A model generated the notes under the pieces. It ran no database searches. It saw nothing but the letters and a program-made list of their open reading frames with translations, and was not told the origin of the DNA. DNA of 64,000 bases, taken from NCBI GenBank assembly GCA_964016885.1, contig OZ024741.1, positions 84,010,001 through 84,074,000 of the forward strand. Direction: 5' to 3'. Below, in pieces: positions 14,833 through 29,065 of the stretch (positions within the stretch are counted from its first letter, which is position 1; the number at the start of each line of letters is the position of its first letter). Source of the DNA: Eledone cirrhosa (taxonomy: Eukaryota). Both the position numbers and the translations under genes were made by a program.

Positions 14833-14913
14833 GAATGATGTGGAAGCAATTCTGTCCAGTGCCGTGTGTAAAGATAGAAGACGGCACTGGACAGAATTGC
14901 TTCCACATCATTC
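14833..14913. repeat. Perfect hairpin, ~33-bp arms
   Basis: gaatgatgtggaagcaattctgtccagtgccgt / acggcactggacagaattgcttccacatcattc. Confidence 0.9.
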
Positions 14914-15257
14914 ATTCTCATCTCGGGAACAATTTTGAATTATGCCAGTTCGTAATTTGAACTCGGGAATTTTATATTCTCCGAGTGAAAAGAACCTTCT
15001 GACGAGAGTTTATCTTTAAAATGGTAGGCCGCAAGGACTGTCCATTTACTTTTTTAGACTCGAAACCGATTCGGTAAAGGTAACCATAGTGAGTACAGTG
15101 AACTTTTTGAAATTTATTATGAAACTTTTTCTTATTTGCTAAACCTTGATTATATATGTTCTGGCTCGTTAATTTATTAACTATCCATTGAACCACATTG
15201 GCATATGGTTGGACAATACATGTGTCCCTGGACCTTTTTGCGTGTAGGAATATATAC

Positions 15258-15299
<42 letters not shown>

Positions 15300-15483
15300 G
15301 GTGGTGGATTGGCAGTATTGGTAGAGGGTTGGACGCCATGCTTTCCAGCATAGTTACGTCCCTTTATGATCTGAGTTCAAATCCCGCCGAGGTTGACTTT
15401 GCCTTTCATCCTTACGGGGTCGATAAAATAAAGTACCAGTAATGCACTGGGTAATTGCTGGCCTTGTGCCTAAAGTAGAAACA

Positions 15484-15487
<4 letters not shown>
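15300..15487 (+). mobile_element. Full-length tRNA-derived SINE within (ATT)n
   Basis: Pol III A box tggcagtattgg and B box gagttcaaatcc; about ten copies in the window; (ATT)n on both sides. Confidence 0.9.
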
Positions 15488-15516
<29 letters not shown>

Positions 15517-15632
15517 TGTTTGTGTGTGTGTGTGTATGTGTGTGTGTGTTTGTGTGTGTGTGTCTATTCATAATTATATAGAAACATACACACGCACACA
15601 ACCAAACAGGCTTCTACGTTTCTATTAGTTGA

Positions 15633-16574
15633 ATGTTTCAATTGAAAACGTATCTTATCATCACAACAGAACTCTCTGGGTTCAGAGAACGTGAGGCCGC
15701 CTGTGAGAGGTGGGACCGGCTGGGACTTAGTCCAGTAGACGTCCCTCCTCCTTCACCCTCTGTTCACGTCAAGTCCTCCCAACGCACTTGGGATGCCATC
15801 CAGTGCAGCCTGGCCTCAGACAGGCTCACGCGCCAGCTCGACCAACACCGCCTTGCTTGTTTTCTTGCGACCTCCAAACCCTACAGTGGTGCCTGGCTCC
15901 ATGCTCTGCTCTCCTTCTCCACTGGCACGCAGCTAGACAACCATATCCTGCGAATCAGCGTTTCCCTGAGGCTCGGCCTCCGAATCTGCCAGCCACACCA
16001 ATGTCGCTGCGATTCCACCGTGGACTCTTTCGACCTCCACCCGCTTTCCTGTCGCCACAGTGCCGGCCGCATTCCACGCCATACTGCCCTCAACGAAGTC
16101 ATTAAGAATGGCTTGGGCGCTGCAGGCTTCCCTTCCCAGCTCGAGCCGGTTGGGCTGGATCGAAGGAACAGCAAAAGGCCAGATGGCATGACCATCTTCC
16201 CGTTCCGCGATGGCAAACCCCTCGTCTGGGATGCCACTTGCACCGACACTTTCTGCAGCCGCAACCTGGTGCAGTCTACGACTGACCCAGGTTCTACTGC
16301 ACGTCGGGCTGAGGGGGCCAAACTCCTCAAATACCGGTCGCTCTCCGACAGGTTTGCGGTCGTTCCCCTTGCAGTGGAAACTTCTGGTGTCCTCGGCCCC
16401 AAGGCTACCTCCTTACGCACCAGCATAGGCGCTGAGCTGGCCAGCCGCAGATGTGAGCCCCGCGAGTTGGAGTGGCTTTTCCAGCGCGTCTCCCTTGCCG
16501 TCCTCCGGGGAAACGCCTTCTCCATTCTGTCCACCGGGGCTGTGGGTGGGCCCCATCGCGTACCAATACATTAG
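15633..16574 (+). mobile_element. 5'-truncated CRE-clade non-LTR retrotransposon (Zn finger + RLE); homology probably starts near 15675
   Basis: SGAWLHAL, LRLGL..CRC..H.LSC..GR..RH, EP.GL..KRPDG, WDATC, AE..K..KY, PLAVET.G, QR.SLAVLRGNA; GC-rich island. Confidence 0.88.
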
Positions 16575-17321
16575 TTAAATACCATTCTTTCATGTTTAAT
16601 GAATATATTAGTAATGTTCGGTTGCATTTTCTATTACCACAATCAAGATTTCTTTTAAATTGAAATATACTGAAATAATATACTGTCTTTATGATAGTCT
16701 TATCATCATATTACCTGAATCAAGCAGCAAGGAATGATGAATGGGTAAACAAATGTATATATTGTGAATCAGATAATATAATTTTCATTGTTTTTGATCC
16801 GGGATTATACGTATTGGACAGATCCTTCCTTTGTTTTGAAAAGGCAATGATTATTTTATTAGAGATTTGGCCTCTCCCTCTAACAACACAACTACTGACC
16901 ACATCACTCGTCAATCGTTTATGGGAAATTTGTGTTATAAAATGTAGGGTCATGTCTGTACATTATCATCAACATAATCTCTATTGTTGTAAGCGTAACG
17001 TTTTTCGCACACTGCTTCCTCTTGTTTTTATAGGTTAAATGTTATTTTATAGTGTTTCGGGTATTTAGTCAGTGATTTCGAATCCTGACGAAGACATCTT
17101 TACATTTCGTTTTTCGGAGGTAGACAAAATAAATACTTGTCATATACTAATGTAATTATTTATATATTTTACTTATCTTCTTTGTAAATGCCTAAAAAAT
17201 TATGAGTATTAATCAAATTCTTCGCCAAATAATTTCTGTGTGGTCCATTGGACTAAATTCCTTAAACACGCCTTCTATCGGATGTTCCCAGAAACAAATG
17301 TCTCCGATCCCTACCATCTTT

Positions 17322-17700
17322 TCTTCTTCTTCTTCTTCTTCTTCTTCTTCTTCTTCTTCTTCTTCTTCTTCTTCTTCTTCTTCTTCTTCTTCTTCTTCTG
17401 TCAATTGTCAATTCGCACAAGCAGTGGCTCTAAATGTGACTCTGATTTCGAAGCTACGCACCATGGAAGAATCCCATTTCGGCGCTTTTATTGGCCGTTG
17501 TATTTTCGGTCATTATGGAAGGTCCATGACAATAGAAAACTCTTGACATGAGTACCGAAGAGCTTGGTTTTACACATACCGCCCCTTTTCTGATGACTGA
17601 ATGCTGAAGCTGGCGCATTATTGCAACAGATCCTGCAATTCTTGCACTTAATTCAGCTTCTTGTCCTCCATCAATCCTGAACACGCCCCCGAGATTCGTC
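17322..17700 (-). mobile_element. RTE LINE fragment adjoining (TTC)n
   Basis: LGGVFRIDGGQEAELSARIA..MRQL..AEMGF resembles the RTE RT C-terminus; (TTC)n at 17322-17399. Confidence 0.65.
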
Positions 17701-18990
17701 ATAGATATACCTTAATCAATCATAACAATAATCTGTTTTACAATACTATCTCATCCGGGCGAGATGTGTTGACGTATTTGTTCCACTTTGGCCGCCTACT
17801 TAATCCGTTACCCTCCAGCACACCGTCATGTTGGGTGCTTGTAACGGAGTTCTCTCTGCTACAACCATTCCTGACAGGTTACCGCTTGGGGTATAACTTA
17901 CTACTCTCTCTAACAGCACTCCGAGTCACTAATGCCTTGAAGAGATCTGTGTTGATTGCTTTTTTTATGACTAAACAATAAAAGAAAACTCAGTTACTCC
18001 CTAAAATACTCGGTTAGAATACCGGGACTATTATTTGTGTAGATTAATATATACATGGCATTACGTGTAAGATAAATGATATATTAATTGATTTCAATAT
18101 TAAACAAATATTACTATAAAAAATATAAAGGAAATTTCACTAAATATTCTGTTTATAACAAATACCCATATATACCAATTTGTTAGCAAATAATCAACTG
18201 AGCAAATAACTTAGCTGATAATGAACAATAATGAGACCTCTTCCTATTAGTAAAATTTGTCTCTGGTTTCTTCATATATAATGTTAAGGTCAGGCATTAA
18301 TAACATTTGTTGTGAACTGACTATTGTCCAGTGGGCCCTTGTCAAACAAATATCTGAAGCTAACCCAATATTTTACTTAAATCCTCTGTATTTGTCTATT
18401 ATTTATGATAATGGCATTGAAGCTGTTTCAACAAAACTCATGTGTTCTTAAAAGTATTATTGATTCTACACATTGCCACACTCTCACCCAAGAGGCAGCA
18501 CGGTGAATTGCTGGTAGTGAGAGGTGAGAGGTGGGGAGAACTGAAAGATTGGATAAATGAAGTGTTTAAAGAGATAGTAATTCAACTGAAAGTGGAATGA
18601 ATAGCCAAAATGGAATTTGACTTGTGTTTATTAACCCATTGTGATTCATTCCAATTAGAGGTGAGTGTTTGGTAAACGAACAAGTGAAATGGAAAATAAT
18701 GTTAAGCAAGCAAGCAGAAATATGATTCTGAATTAACCGATTATCACCACCACCGCACCAACGCAACTACACAATTTTCACATTACATTGCCACATTTGT
18801 CCCATTACTATACTCTTCTTATTGGTTAAAAAATACACATCATTTTCTATTTTACTCCAGCTCACTAGCCCTATTTATCACTTCTCTTCTTTCACCTACT
18901 CTTACTCTCTCTCTCAATCTCGAATTATTTAGTGAGCACCTATTATGTTTGCAGGCTCAAATGGAATATCTACATTTTATGTATATATAT

Positions 18991-19043
<53 letters not shown>

Positions 19044-19094
19044 GGTTTGAGGTTCACCACTTGATAGAGCTGGTCTATTCCGTATGGTCAATCG

Positions 19095-19177
<83 letters not shown>

Positions 19178-19204
19178 GTATGCCTGTATGTATATATAAT
19201 TCTT

Positions 19205-21775
19205 CTACTTCTTCTTCTTCTTCTCGTCAGCTTCTTCTCTTACTTATTCCTGGAAGTATCTTGGTGGCAGTGTCCTCAACTCAAACACTACTTCCAGTGG
19301 GTCCTTTCAGAGGCCAACCTGTCAAGCTGATCCGGCTAGATCTCCAGGCGGGACCATCCATGCTCATGGATGTTAACAAACCATCCTGCACGAGATATAC
19401 AACTGGGGCTCTTGTTGGTTGGTTTTTGCCCATGCAATCTGTCCAGCAATTCTTTGCTGAAACATTCTATCCACAAGCCCATAATATCGGAGATGTGATC
19501 TTTCAATTCAGAAAAGTAGCGGTTTTACCTGGAATGAAAGTCTTATCTTCAAACTAGAAACTCTATTCAGTAACTTCCCTCGAAAGACCCTTCGGAGGAT
19601 CACCACTTCGGAAGCTTGGAAGCTTGTATTCGCGATCTCATTATTTTGCTCATTACCCAAGATTCATCACCATCGCTGTGGGTTGGCACGAAAACCGAAT
19701 TAAAGATAGCGAGTTTGGCTTCTACACCTACTCCCTTGTTTTCATTGCTGAATACTGAATCTGGCATATTATTGCACAAGCTCCGGCAATTATTGCACTT
19801 ATTTCAGCCTCCTACCTTCGATCACTCATGAAGACGACTCCGATGTACTTGAACATCTCTACCTGCTTCAGTGGAACTAGATTCATATGTAGAGTGCACT
19901 GCACCGGCATCATTGAGAAGAGCATCTCAGTTATCGCATCACTGATTTTCATACCAGCCATGAAGCACTCAGCATCAAACCTGTCGAGTGCAAGTTGAAG
20001 ATCATCTTCTGCCGAGTTAAGTAACACCATATCATCTACAAATTCCAGTCGACTAATTTCACACCAGCCAGTCATGATGCCACATCCCACCCGGCTGCAC
20101 ATGTTAAGCCTGTTCATGTAAATAATGTTTTCTACTTTTGGAGCAAGGCCAGCAATTATCCAGTACATTAGTGGTACTTTATTTTATCGACCCTGTAAGG
20201 ATGAAAGGCAAAGTTAACCTCGACGGGATTTGAACTCAAACATAAAGGGACGAAAGTTCATGTAAATAATGAATAGGAGAGGTATGTATGCACCCTTGGC
20301 GGATTTCGACTCTTACAATGAACTCAAATGCTCGAGCATTCGTGTAGAGACATCAGGGCAGCAAGAAACTGACCATCAATCACAAACTTCTGCAGAACAT
20401 TCCTCAGCATGTCCCGAGGAACGCGGTCATATAACGTTTCAAGGTCGACAAAACATGTATATATCTCTTGGCAATACTACCACAGTTTCTTGAATACCTT
20501 CCGTAAGTATGAATATTTTGTCGGCTGTGCTACGTCCGGAGCGAAACCCTCACTGTTCAACAGCTAGCTCTGACATGACAATCTACCTGCATCTCTATGC
20601 CAGACACTTAATCGACTTTACCGGGGACGCTTAGTTAGGACATCCTCCTTTAATTGGAAGAATCTCTCTTGTCTCCATTTTTGAAGATTGGGATTATCAC
20701 TTCCTATTGCCATTGTTTATGTGCGTTTCCAGAGATCCAGACCACCAGTCACACATGAGTCTGCCAGTGAATACCTTCTAGGGCCAGATTTCATTTTCCC
20801 CAGCGGCCTTGCAAAATTTGAGCTCTTTAACTGATCTTATGACCTCAACCTTTGAGAGATTAGTCACCTCTCCCAGATATACCTCGTGTACATCAGGAGA
20901 TGCTGTTGTAATCGAGTTTAGGAGGTCAGAAAGACGAGTACCCCAGACACATTCTTGATAGCAGGTGTCGAGGAGGGCCTCATATTACGAAGTCGCTGGC
21001 TGGTCTGCCAGAACATTTTATTTGCTGATGTGAAGTCGGATTCCAACCTACTACTAAGGTCATGCCATGTCTTTACTTTGGACGCCTTTACTGTATCTGC
21101 TATGATTCTTCGTGCTTGATTGTATCACATATGCAAGAAGAAAGACATATTTCTAAGCCAAGTTTTGTAAGCTTCCTTCTTTGCTCGGATGGCACCTTTG
21201 ACATCTTGCTTGATCCAAGGGGACCTCCTATCATCCGGCGCCACACTAAGTCTCTTTCGCTCGCAGCATTTTGTAGCCGAAGCAGAAACTCCTGCGCTGA
21301 ACAATCTCTGCTCTCACTCATCGTCCTCAGTTTGGTCAGGGTATTCTCTTTATTTGAATGCAATAGTATCTGCATACATTGTCCTGACATCCCTATAGCC
21401 CAACGCTTCCCACTTTATCTTGTAGGTCGACTAGCATCTGCCAGTTTTGTGGGATTATTTGTCTTTGGGTAGTCGCAAGTGGCAGAGAACTAAATGGTGA
21501 TCAGTCGATAGCACAGCTCTTCTCCTAACACGAACATCCAGCACATAATCAAGGAGATCAGGGACAATAACAAAATCAATTATACCATGTATATTTATGG
21601 GTGTCTACGTGCTGGAAGAAGGTGTTCTTAGTAGAGACTCCATTTCTAAAACAGAAGTCTTGTAAGGCATATCCGTACGTATTTAGATCGGGGTCGCCAT
21701 TCTTTCCAATTACTCGTGTCCATGTTAGGAGGTCAGCACCAATATGTACATTGAAGTCTTCCATCATGATATATG
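19205..21775 (-). mobile_element. Decayed RTE-clade LINE, 3' portion (APE C-half, RT, (GAA)n tail)
   Basis: MMEDFNVHIG..WTRVIGKNG.PDLN..G, STDH, QGFRSG-like, LEFVDDMVLL, LKQVEMFKYIGV; tail at ~19205-19225. Confidence 0.85.
20127..20255 (-). mobile_element. 5'-truncated SINE inserted in the RTE with a 15-16 bp TSD
   Basis: TSD gttcatgtaaataat(g) at 20112 and 20256. Confidence 0.9.
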
Positions 21776-22653
21776 ATTAGTTGTGATATAAGCGGGCAGA
21801 TATGATGGCTAGATGCGACATAGGCGCGCAACCACCGGATGAATAAGCAAACCCGGACTAACAGCGGAAACTACTAATGAAGATGGAGCAATGGTTGATA
21901 CCTGTGGTTCCTGAGAAAACTCTCACAACAGAGTGATGTAGCTACGATGAGGCGAGTAAAGGTTACCTCTAAAAAATGCCTAGTCTTTGCGGGTTTGACA
22001 ATGGTGGCTGCTGCGAATAAGCCCGCGGAAACTGAAACTGCAATATGATGAGGATATTGAAAACAATGATACCGCATCATCATTCGCAGGGGTTAACAAG
22101 GGATGTGTACAGGCTTTGCTAAATATATTGCAGTTTCCATTTCATGCTGCGAAACTGGCGATGGGCTTGCGACATATCCTTGGAGACGTGGGATGGACGC
22201 AAAAATGTTGTGTAGTCCGCGACCCCAAAGATGGTATGGAATGGAGCAAACTTTGACAATTGGAACCTGGAACATCACAACCTTCACAGAAAAGGAGCAG
22301 GATCTCGTATATATCTAGCTAGTAGCGGAAGCAACGCGTTACTCGCTATATATAGTCGAGGTCTCCTCTACATCTTTCCGTAGCTCTGATACTGTAGATT
22401 TCGATGGAGGATGGAAACTCCACTATTCAGGTGTAGTGCCAGAAATGACTGCATGAATGGGAGTGGGGAGACTTACATTAAGTCAGAATGTTTTATGCGC
22501 TGTATCCCATTAGGTGGGAGGATTTGCCTCTTGAAGCGTGGGCTGAAAGGTAGGTCTTTGTGGGGAGTGCAAGTTTATGCACCAAACAAGTATTCCGAAA
22601 ACAGTTCCTCCTTCGATGGAGTCACTACAGCATTAGATCGAGTTAAGACTGAG
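21776..22653 (+). mobile_element. Inverted 5' portion of the same RTE (5'UTR + APE N-half)
   Basis: IGTWNITTFTEKEQDLV..GWKL.YSGV..VQVYAPN..ALDRVKTE ends just before the GDFN motif with which the minus-strand piece begins. Confidence 0.8.
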
Positions 22654-22659
22654 TTTTAT

Positions 22660-22797
22660 ATATATTAGATATTATTTTAACAATGATAATATAGCAATAT
22701 GATCAACCCTCCGAAACGATCGTAAACCAATGAAATAAATATGTAAAATAACTTGCCTTCGTTATTATTATCATTGTTTAACTAATATCTAATATAT
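22660..22797 (+). mobile_element. Short PLE-type end fragment with terminal inverted copy and hammerhead 3' half
   Basis: Arms atatattagatatta..aacaatgataat / attatcattgtt..taatatctaatatat; internal GAAA-CGATCG-TA at 22713-22724. Confidence 0.55.
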
Positions 22798-22858
22798 CAG
22801 ACTCTGTATCTAAAGGACTGACTCAGCGAAACAAGAAATATATCTCTGGTTCTCACTG

Positions 22859-22988
22859 AATTACATGCTAACGGATTACATTAAGTTCTAACCACGGTAG
22901 ACCCTATCACGATTGAATATATATATATTCAATCTTGGTAGGGTCTATACAGTAGTTAGAACTTAATGTAATCCGTTAGCATGTAATT
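22859..22988. repeat. Imperfect 130-bp palindrome centred on short (TA)n
   Basis: aattacatgctaacggattacattaagttctaac and its reverse complement. Confidence 0.88.
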
Positions 22989-23042
22989 ATATATATATAT
23001 GTGTGCGCGCGCGCGTGTGTGTGTGTGTGTGTGTGTGTGCGT

Positions 23043-23115
<73 letters not shown>

Positions 23116-23356
23116 CGTGTGTGTGTGTTTGTGTGTGTGTATGTATGTATATATATATATATATATATATATAAGTTTAGGAATAACCAAAGAGAGCTTA
23201 GAAATGCATTGTTTTATTTGCTAACAGTATTTCATCCATACCCTTGTGTGTTGTCCTATACAACGCTGGCCTGGGACACCCCTACTTGTCCTTCATCCTT
23301 GTTCTGGTGACTAGGTTCAAAGGAGCCTGCAACCTTTGATATATTTTTGTTTATAG

Positions 23357-23401
23357 GCTCCGATGATTCCTGCCCTAGGGTATGGATGAAACACTGTTAG
23401 C
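23357..23401 (+). ncRNA. Minimal type I hammerhead (CCGAUGA core) in a short non-coding PLE-type element (~23170-23520)
   Basis: gct-CCGATGA-ttcctgccctagggtatggat-GAAA-cactg-TT-agc; 23173-23243 is an inverted copy of 23377-23449. Confidence 0.65.
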
Positions 23402-23579
23402 AAATAAAACAATGTATTTCTAAGCACTCTTTGGTTATTCCTAAATTTATAACGGCTCTGTAGTATACTAGTTATCCTACATTGAGCTAAAACCACACTG
23501 TCATACCAAGGGCAATATATCTGTGTGTCTGTCCACATTAATATACTTGTCAACGAAACTATATATATCTATATCTATA

Positions 23580-23720
<141 letters not shown>

Positions 23721-23826
23721 ATTTATATAGATTTTGAGCATATGTTGGTTGTATACCAACACCGCAGTATGCAGGCTGGAGCACTCGACGAAGTGCGCAG
23801 GTTGGTTTGGTTACTCCGGAGTAGTG

Positions 23827-24176
23827 TAAAATAAAGTTTAAAAAGTCAAATGTTTAAAATTTAGCTTTGTTTATTACTGCTATATATATTTCAGTGACGG
23901 CCATCTTTGGCTGTGACCTCTTCAGGCAGTCCGAATTAGTGTGGTATAGACAAGTACATATGTTGTTGAGGTGTATAATATTGTAAATACTCTGATATGC
24001 CCAGTTGCTGGTTGGGTTGTTATTTCACTGAGGAACTGGAATCATATCAGATTCCAGTTCCTCAGTGAAATAACAACTCAACCAGGAACTGGGCATATCA
24101 GAGTATTTACAAAATAAATAGCAGTAATAAACAAAGCTAAATTTTAAACATTTAACTTTTTTTTTACTTTATTTTA
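23827..24176. mobile_element. Fold-back PLE-type end: inner palindrome 23981-24112, outer arms 23827-23887 / 24113-24176
   Basis: Direct reverse-complement matches; the right arm lacks the hammerhead core; (TA)n nearby on both sides. Confidence 0.75.
23876..23930 (-). ncRNA. Minimal type I hammerhead ribozyme (canonical core)
   Basis: actgc-CTGAAGA-ggtcacagcca(aaga)tggccgtcact-GAAA-tatata-TA-gcagt: 5-bp helix I and palindromic helix III. Confidence 0.85.
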
Positions 24177-24184
24177 TATATTTA

Positions 24185-24261
<77 letters not shown>

Positions 24262-24271
24262 TTATTTATTT

Positions 24272-24348
<77 letters not shown>

Positions 24349-24999
24349 AATAAATAAATAAATATTTAAATAAATAAATAAATATTTATTTATTTATTTA
24401 TATATGTATATATATATCAAATATTGAGTTCTAAACTCGAAATAGTCTTTTACAATTAAATAACTCAAAGAAGGGAATATTTCCGAGCCGTGTAATACAA
24501 ATAAATATATGAGGGATGAACACCTATACAATTATACATGTGTTCGAATTGCAAATGACCAAGTTAGCTAGGTTGAAAAGTACTAATTTAACATAATATG
24601 GTTTGCCTGTCTCGATTTAAAATAATAAATCAATAAAAATAACAAACCTATGATAAAGAGCAGGCTGCCTCTTGTGCTTTTATGTATGTCATTCTGATGC
24701 ACTCACTTTTTTCCCGTCCATCACTCTTGTGTGAAGAACATTTCCCTCTTATGTTTATGAACGTTAAATTTTAACCAAATATATTCATGTTATAGAAATG
24801 CGCAGCTGATATAAAATTATAATAAACTGCAATAACATTCCATATGGCAAGGTAAAGACACATATTTCATTGTGTCCTAAAATTAAATTTATTTTGATTT
24901 ATTTTCATTCTCTCTATATACAGATAACTGAAGAAATCATATTTGTAGAATTGCATAAGTTGACAATGAACCACTTCCATAAATCTCACACACTCACGC

Positions 25000-25031
<32 letters not shown>

Positions 25032-25681
25032 ACACGCGCACACACACACACACACACATATCTGTTAGACACGAAGTGACTAACAACAGAATGTTTAAGT
25101 CACTTTAGTTTTCTAACATATGTGTAGATCGTCAATTTTTCTTTCAAGGTCTGACCGTGGCCGTGGTGATTACATGCCATAGGCTAATTTTCAACCAATC
25201 AGAGTAAGTGTTGCTCAAAAGCATCCGCCATGTTTTTTTTGTTTGTTTTCCTAGTTCATTTATTTTTGTTATTTCGTCGTTATATGATTTTTTTAAGTTT
25301 ATATTAACTATTTTTAAAACAAATATTGACGTTAGGGTTAGGGTTAGGCGGTCAATAGATAAGATGAAAGTCTATCGTAAAAGTTTGTACAAATATTTTT
25401 AAATTTATCGTTTGTACAAAACGATTCTAAATTTTTCTTTGTAAACATTTTTTAAACACTTCAAAATAGCGTATATTCATGTTCTGTAATATCCCATTTT
25501 TGTGCGCCCTTGTGCCAAATAAAGAAATATATCTTTGTATATTGTTCCTCTTTATATATTGCAATCGAGTATAGGCAGAGTTCCGATTGTAATAAACACT
25601 GCACTTTGTAAATATTTGTAAAAATAATTTTTCTAAAAACATTGTAAAAATTTGCGTCACAGGTATTTAACAATCTTTGAT

Positions 25682-25950
25682 ATGTATATATATATATATA
25701 TATAAAACGCAGGTTGTCTGTCTGTCTGTCTCTCTACTAAAACGGTCGCCACACATCTAAACTTATAGATTAAGCTCCAGCAGAGAGATCGGTCAAAATA
25801 AATTTCAAATCGAATGTGTAATATTGATGTTTCAGTTAAAATGTATAAATACAGTTGAGAGACGAGTTATTTCGCTTTAATTCAACGTGTGCAGACGATA
25901 AATTATTGAAAATCGCAAATTTTCACTATTACACATTTGCATTATTGTCA
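25682..25950 (+). mobile_element. Possible non-autonomous Helitron-like 5' end
   Basis: tatatatataaaacgcaggttgtctgtctgtctgtc pattern typical of such elements; 3' terminus not found. Confidence 0.3.
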
Positions 25951-26154
25951 GTATTAACTTTGCCATTCATCCTTACGGGGTCGATAAAATAAAGTACCAG
26001 TAATACACTGTCACTATAAGTAGATGCCCATTCACAAACAGTATTGAAAATATGTTCTTCGACAAATAAAAATGTTTTGTTCATACTATTTCGACTAGCG
26101 CTTGTGTTCTACTCCACGCACGACCACCACAACTTGGTGACCAGCTCAACACAA

Positions 26155-26322
26155 GTATTGGTAGAGCGTCAGACACCATGCTTTGCAGCATTGTTATGGC
26201 CCTTTGCGTTCTAAGTTCAAATCCCGCCGAGGTTAACTTTGCCCTTCATCCTTACCAGTTCGATAAAATAAAGTACCAGTAATGGATTGCGGTAATGGCT
26301 TTGTGCCCCAAAATAGAAACAC
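26155..26322 (+). mobile_element. tRNA-derived SINE (a partial copy also at ~25952-26010)
   Basis: Aligns with 15315-15483; B box aagttcaaatcc. Confidence 0.85.
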
Positions 26323-26880
26323 TATTAATGTGCAATTAGAGCAAAATCTCACGCCATTGCTCAATTATTTTATCTAATGTTGCAACAATACAGGGAAATG
26401 TAGTTTGTGTATTTTTTAAAAATATTTGCTCATAGGCTTTTCCAATTTCGCTCAGCCAACGACTATTAAAAAGAGAGTTGCTTAAGATAACAATTTAATC
26501 ACAAATTGTTGTTATCTTTTAATACACTCCAAAAAGTCATCAAATTATGTGCAATAAGAACAAATCTCATTAATTTGCTCATTAAATAAAGAAAACTTAT
26601 ATAGACTGATAATTGCAATTGTATGTAAATATTTTATTTTTATATTGTTTATTTATTTTATGTTTTCTATTATGTATATTATATTAATTTAATATTGATT
26701 GTTTTTTGTTGTTGTTTATATTAAAAGTCTGAAAATATTTTTATACATCTTACACTAATATTTATAAGATCATTTATAATAACAATTATATAATCTAATT
26801 ACATTAAAACGATAATTTATTATTAATATATATCATGTTTAACTAGAGTTATTACAAGCGTTGTCTTAAAAAAATATTAA

Positions 26881-27243
26881 ACTAGACCTGAAAAATGCGC
26901 AAGCTCAAAAGAGCCACAGAATGTTATAATAAACCTTCAAAAGTGTGGGAGTAGAGTTGTTACTCAAAAATATTGTAATCATTATCTATCGTACATTCTG
27001 TGGCATCCTTTATAAAAATATCACAATAAATACATCTATGTTTAATGTAATAACAGGTATAAATAATTACGTAATATTATTAAACATAGATGTATTTATT
27101 GTGATATTTTTATAAAGGATGCCACAGAATGTACGATAGATAATGATTACAATATTTTGAGTAACAACTCTAGTCCCACACTTTTGAAGGTTTATTATAA
27201 CATTCTGTGACACTTTTGAGCTTGCGCATTTTTCATGTCTAGT
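26881..27243. repeat. Inverted repeat, ~166-bp arms, ~30-nt spacer
   Basis: actagacctgaaaaatgcgcaagctc..tctatgtttaat and its reverse complement at ~27078-27243; followed by (TA)n. Confidence 0.92.
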
Positions 27244-27292
27244 ATATATATATATATATATTTCGTTTCTGAACATGACCCTCCCAAAGTAT

Positions 27293-27367
<75 letters not shown>

Positions 27368-27577
27368 GTGTATATATATATGTGGAAAAAATTTCATTTC
27401 TCACTCTTAGTACGGCTGATACTTAAATATAAGTATGTATACGTACATACATATATGTATACAGACGTACAGTAGTATGTATATACATACATACATGCAC
27501 ACATATATATATATATATGTACGTATGGGTTTACCGAACATTTATTATAATGTTCGGTTTGTTTGTATACATACTTA

Positions 27578-27659
<82 letters not shown>

Positions 27660-28375
27660 CGTGTGTGTGTGTCGTTTCCTTATTGACTGTGGTCATTTTC
27701 TCAACTTTTAATCTAGTAACTCTACATTCTTGAGCTCTCAAGATGCAGAATATACTAATATTGAAAAACGGCCCGTCGCAATAAATAGATATAGTGAGAA
27801 CGTTGAATTTATAAATATGGTTTAATGGCTGTTTCTAAGGCTCATGTTTGCATATAAGAATTAAAGTTAAAATCTCTTCACAAGATATTATAATTCCATT
27901 ACGCAATGGGTATATTGGAGAGAAACTTCGATAAGGTGTATCACATGAAGCTATTCTAATTCTCTGGTAACACATATTGGAATATATATATGGCAGTATG
28001 ATTCACTTGAAGGCATTAAATACTCTTTTCATACCAGAACACATCTGTACTAGTGGAATATATTAAACAAGTTAATATTATGTTCGAGATGCAATATTTA
28101 AGATGTCAGATTCCACCTTGTATACATGAAAGTTTCCCTTAATCTCCCTGTTTTATATATGTGCGTGTATGTGTATGTGTTTGTGTATGTGTGTGTGTGA
28201 ATGTGTGTACCTATTTCTTTGTGAATATGACTGAAGGAATGTGAGTAAATTCATGTATGTAAATGTCCATCAACACAAAAACATGCACATACACACGCAC
28301 TCATATATAAAGATACGTATATTTATTCATACATACGTACATACACACATACGTTATAAATGTATGTATATATAT

Positions 28376-28495
<120 letters not shown>

Positions 28496-28849
28496 ATATG
28501 CGTGAGTGTTAGCGTGTGTGCGTGTGTGTCTTATTTATAAACAGAATATTAATTATGGTTGCTGTGTGACCAGATTAGAATTACTGCCATTTGAATCAGG
28601 TGAGATAAGATCATTAGCAGGAAACTATCTGCATTCATTTGTAATTTCTTACAGATGGGAATAGAAGCCGAAATTATTCACTTGTAATATTATATATCCC
28701 CAAACAGTGAGGGTGTAATATTATTAGAATTACAGCATTATAAAGCATGTACTAGATCAATGAGGCTCGGAGGACAACATATGAAGTCAATGGAAGAAAC
28801 CTGTGCAGTCATGTGCCTATAATTTTCAAACTGTAAAAGTAAGATTAAT

Positions 28850-29065
28850 AATGATTTCCACATTAGGCACAAGGCCAGTAATTTTGGAAGGAGGGTAAAT
28901 TCGATTAGACCGAACCTAGTGCATTAATGGTACTTCATTTTATCGACCCCATAAGGATGAAAGGCAAAACTAACCTCGCCAGGATATGAACTCCTATCGT
29001 AAAGGCTGTAACCATATGCTATTCAACATGTTTTCCGACGCTCTACCGATACTGACAATCCTCCA
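28850..29065 (-). mobile_element. tRNA-derived SINE, diverged
   Basis: ttaggcacaaggccag..ttttatcgaccccataaggatgaaaggcaaa..ctctaccgatactg. Confidence 0.8.

Noticed and set aside
25332-25348. (TTAGGG)3 telomeric-type repeat
   Set aside because: Too short; such tracts are common inside invertebrate repeats
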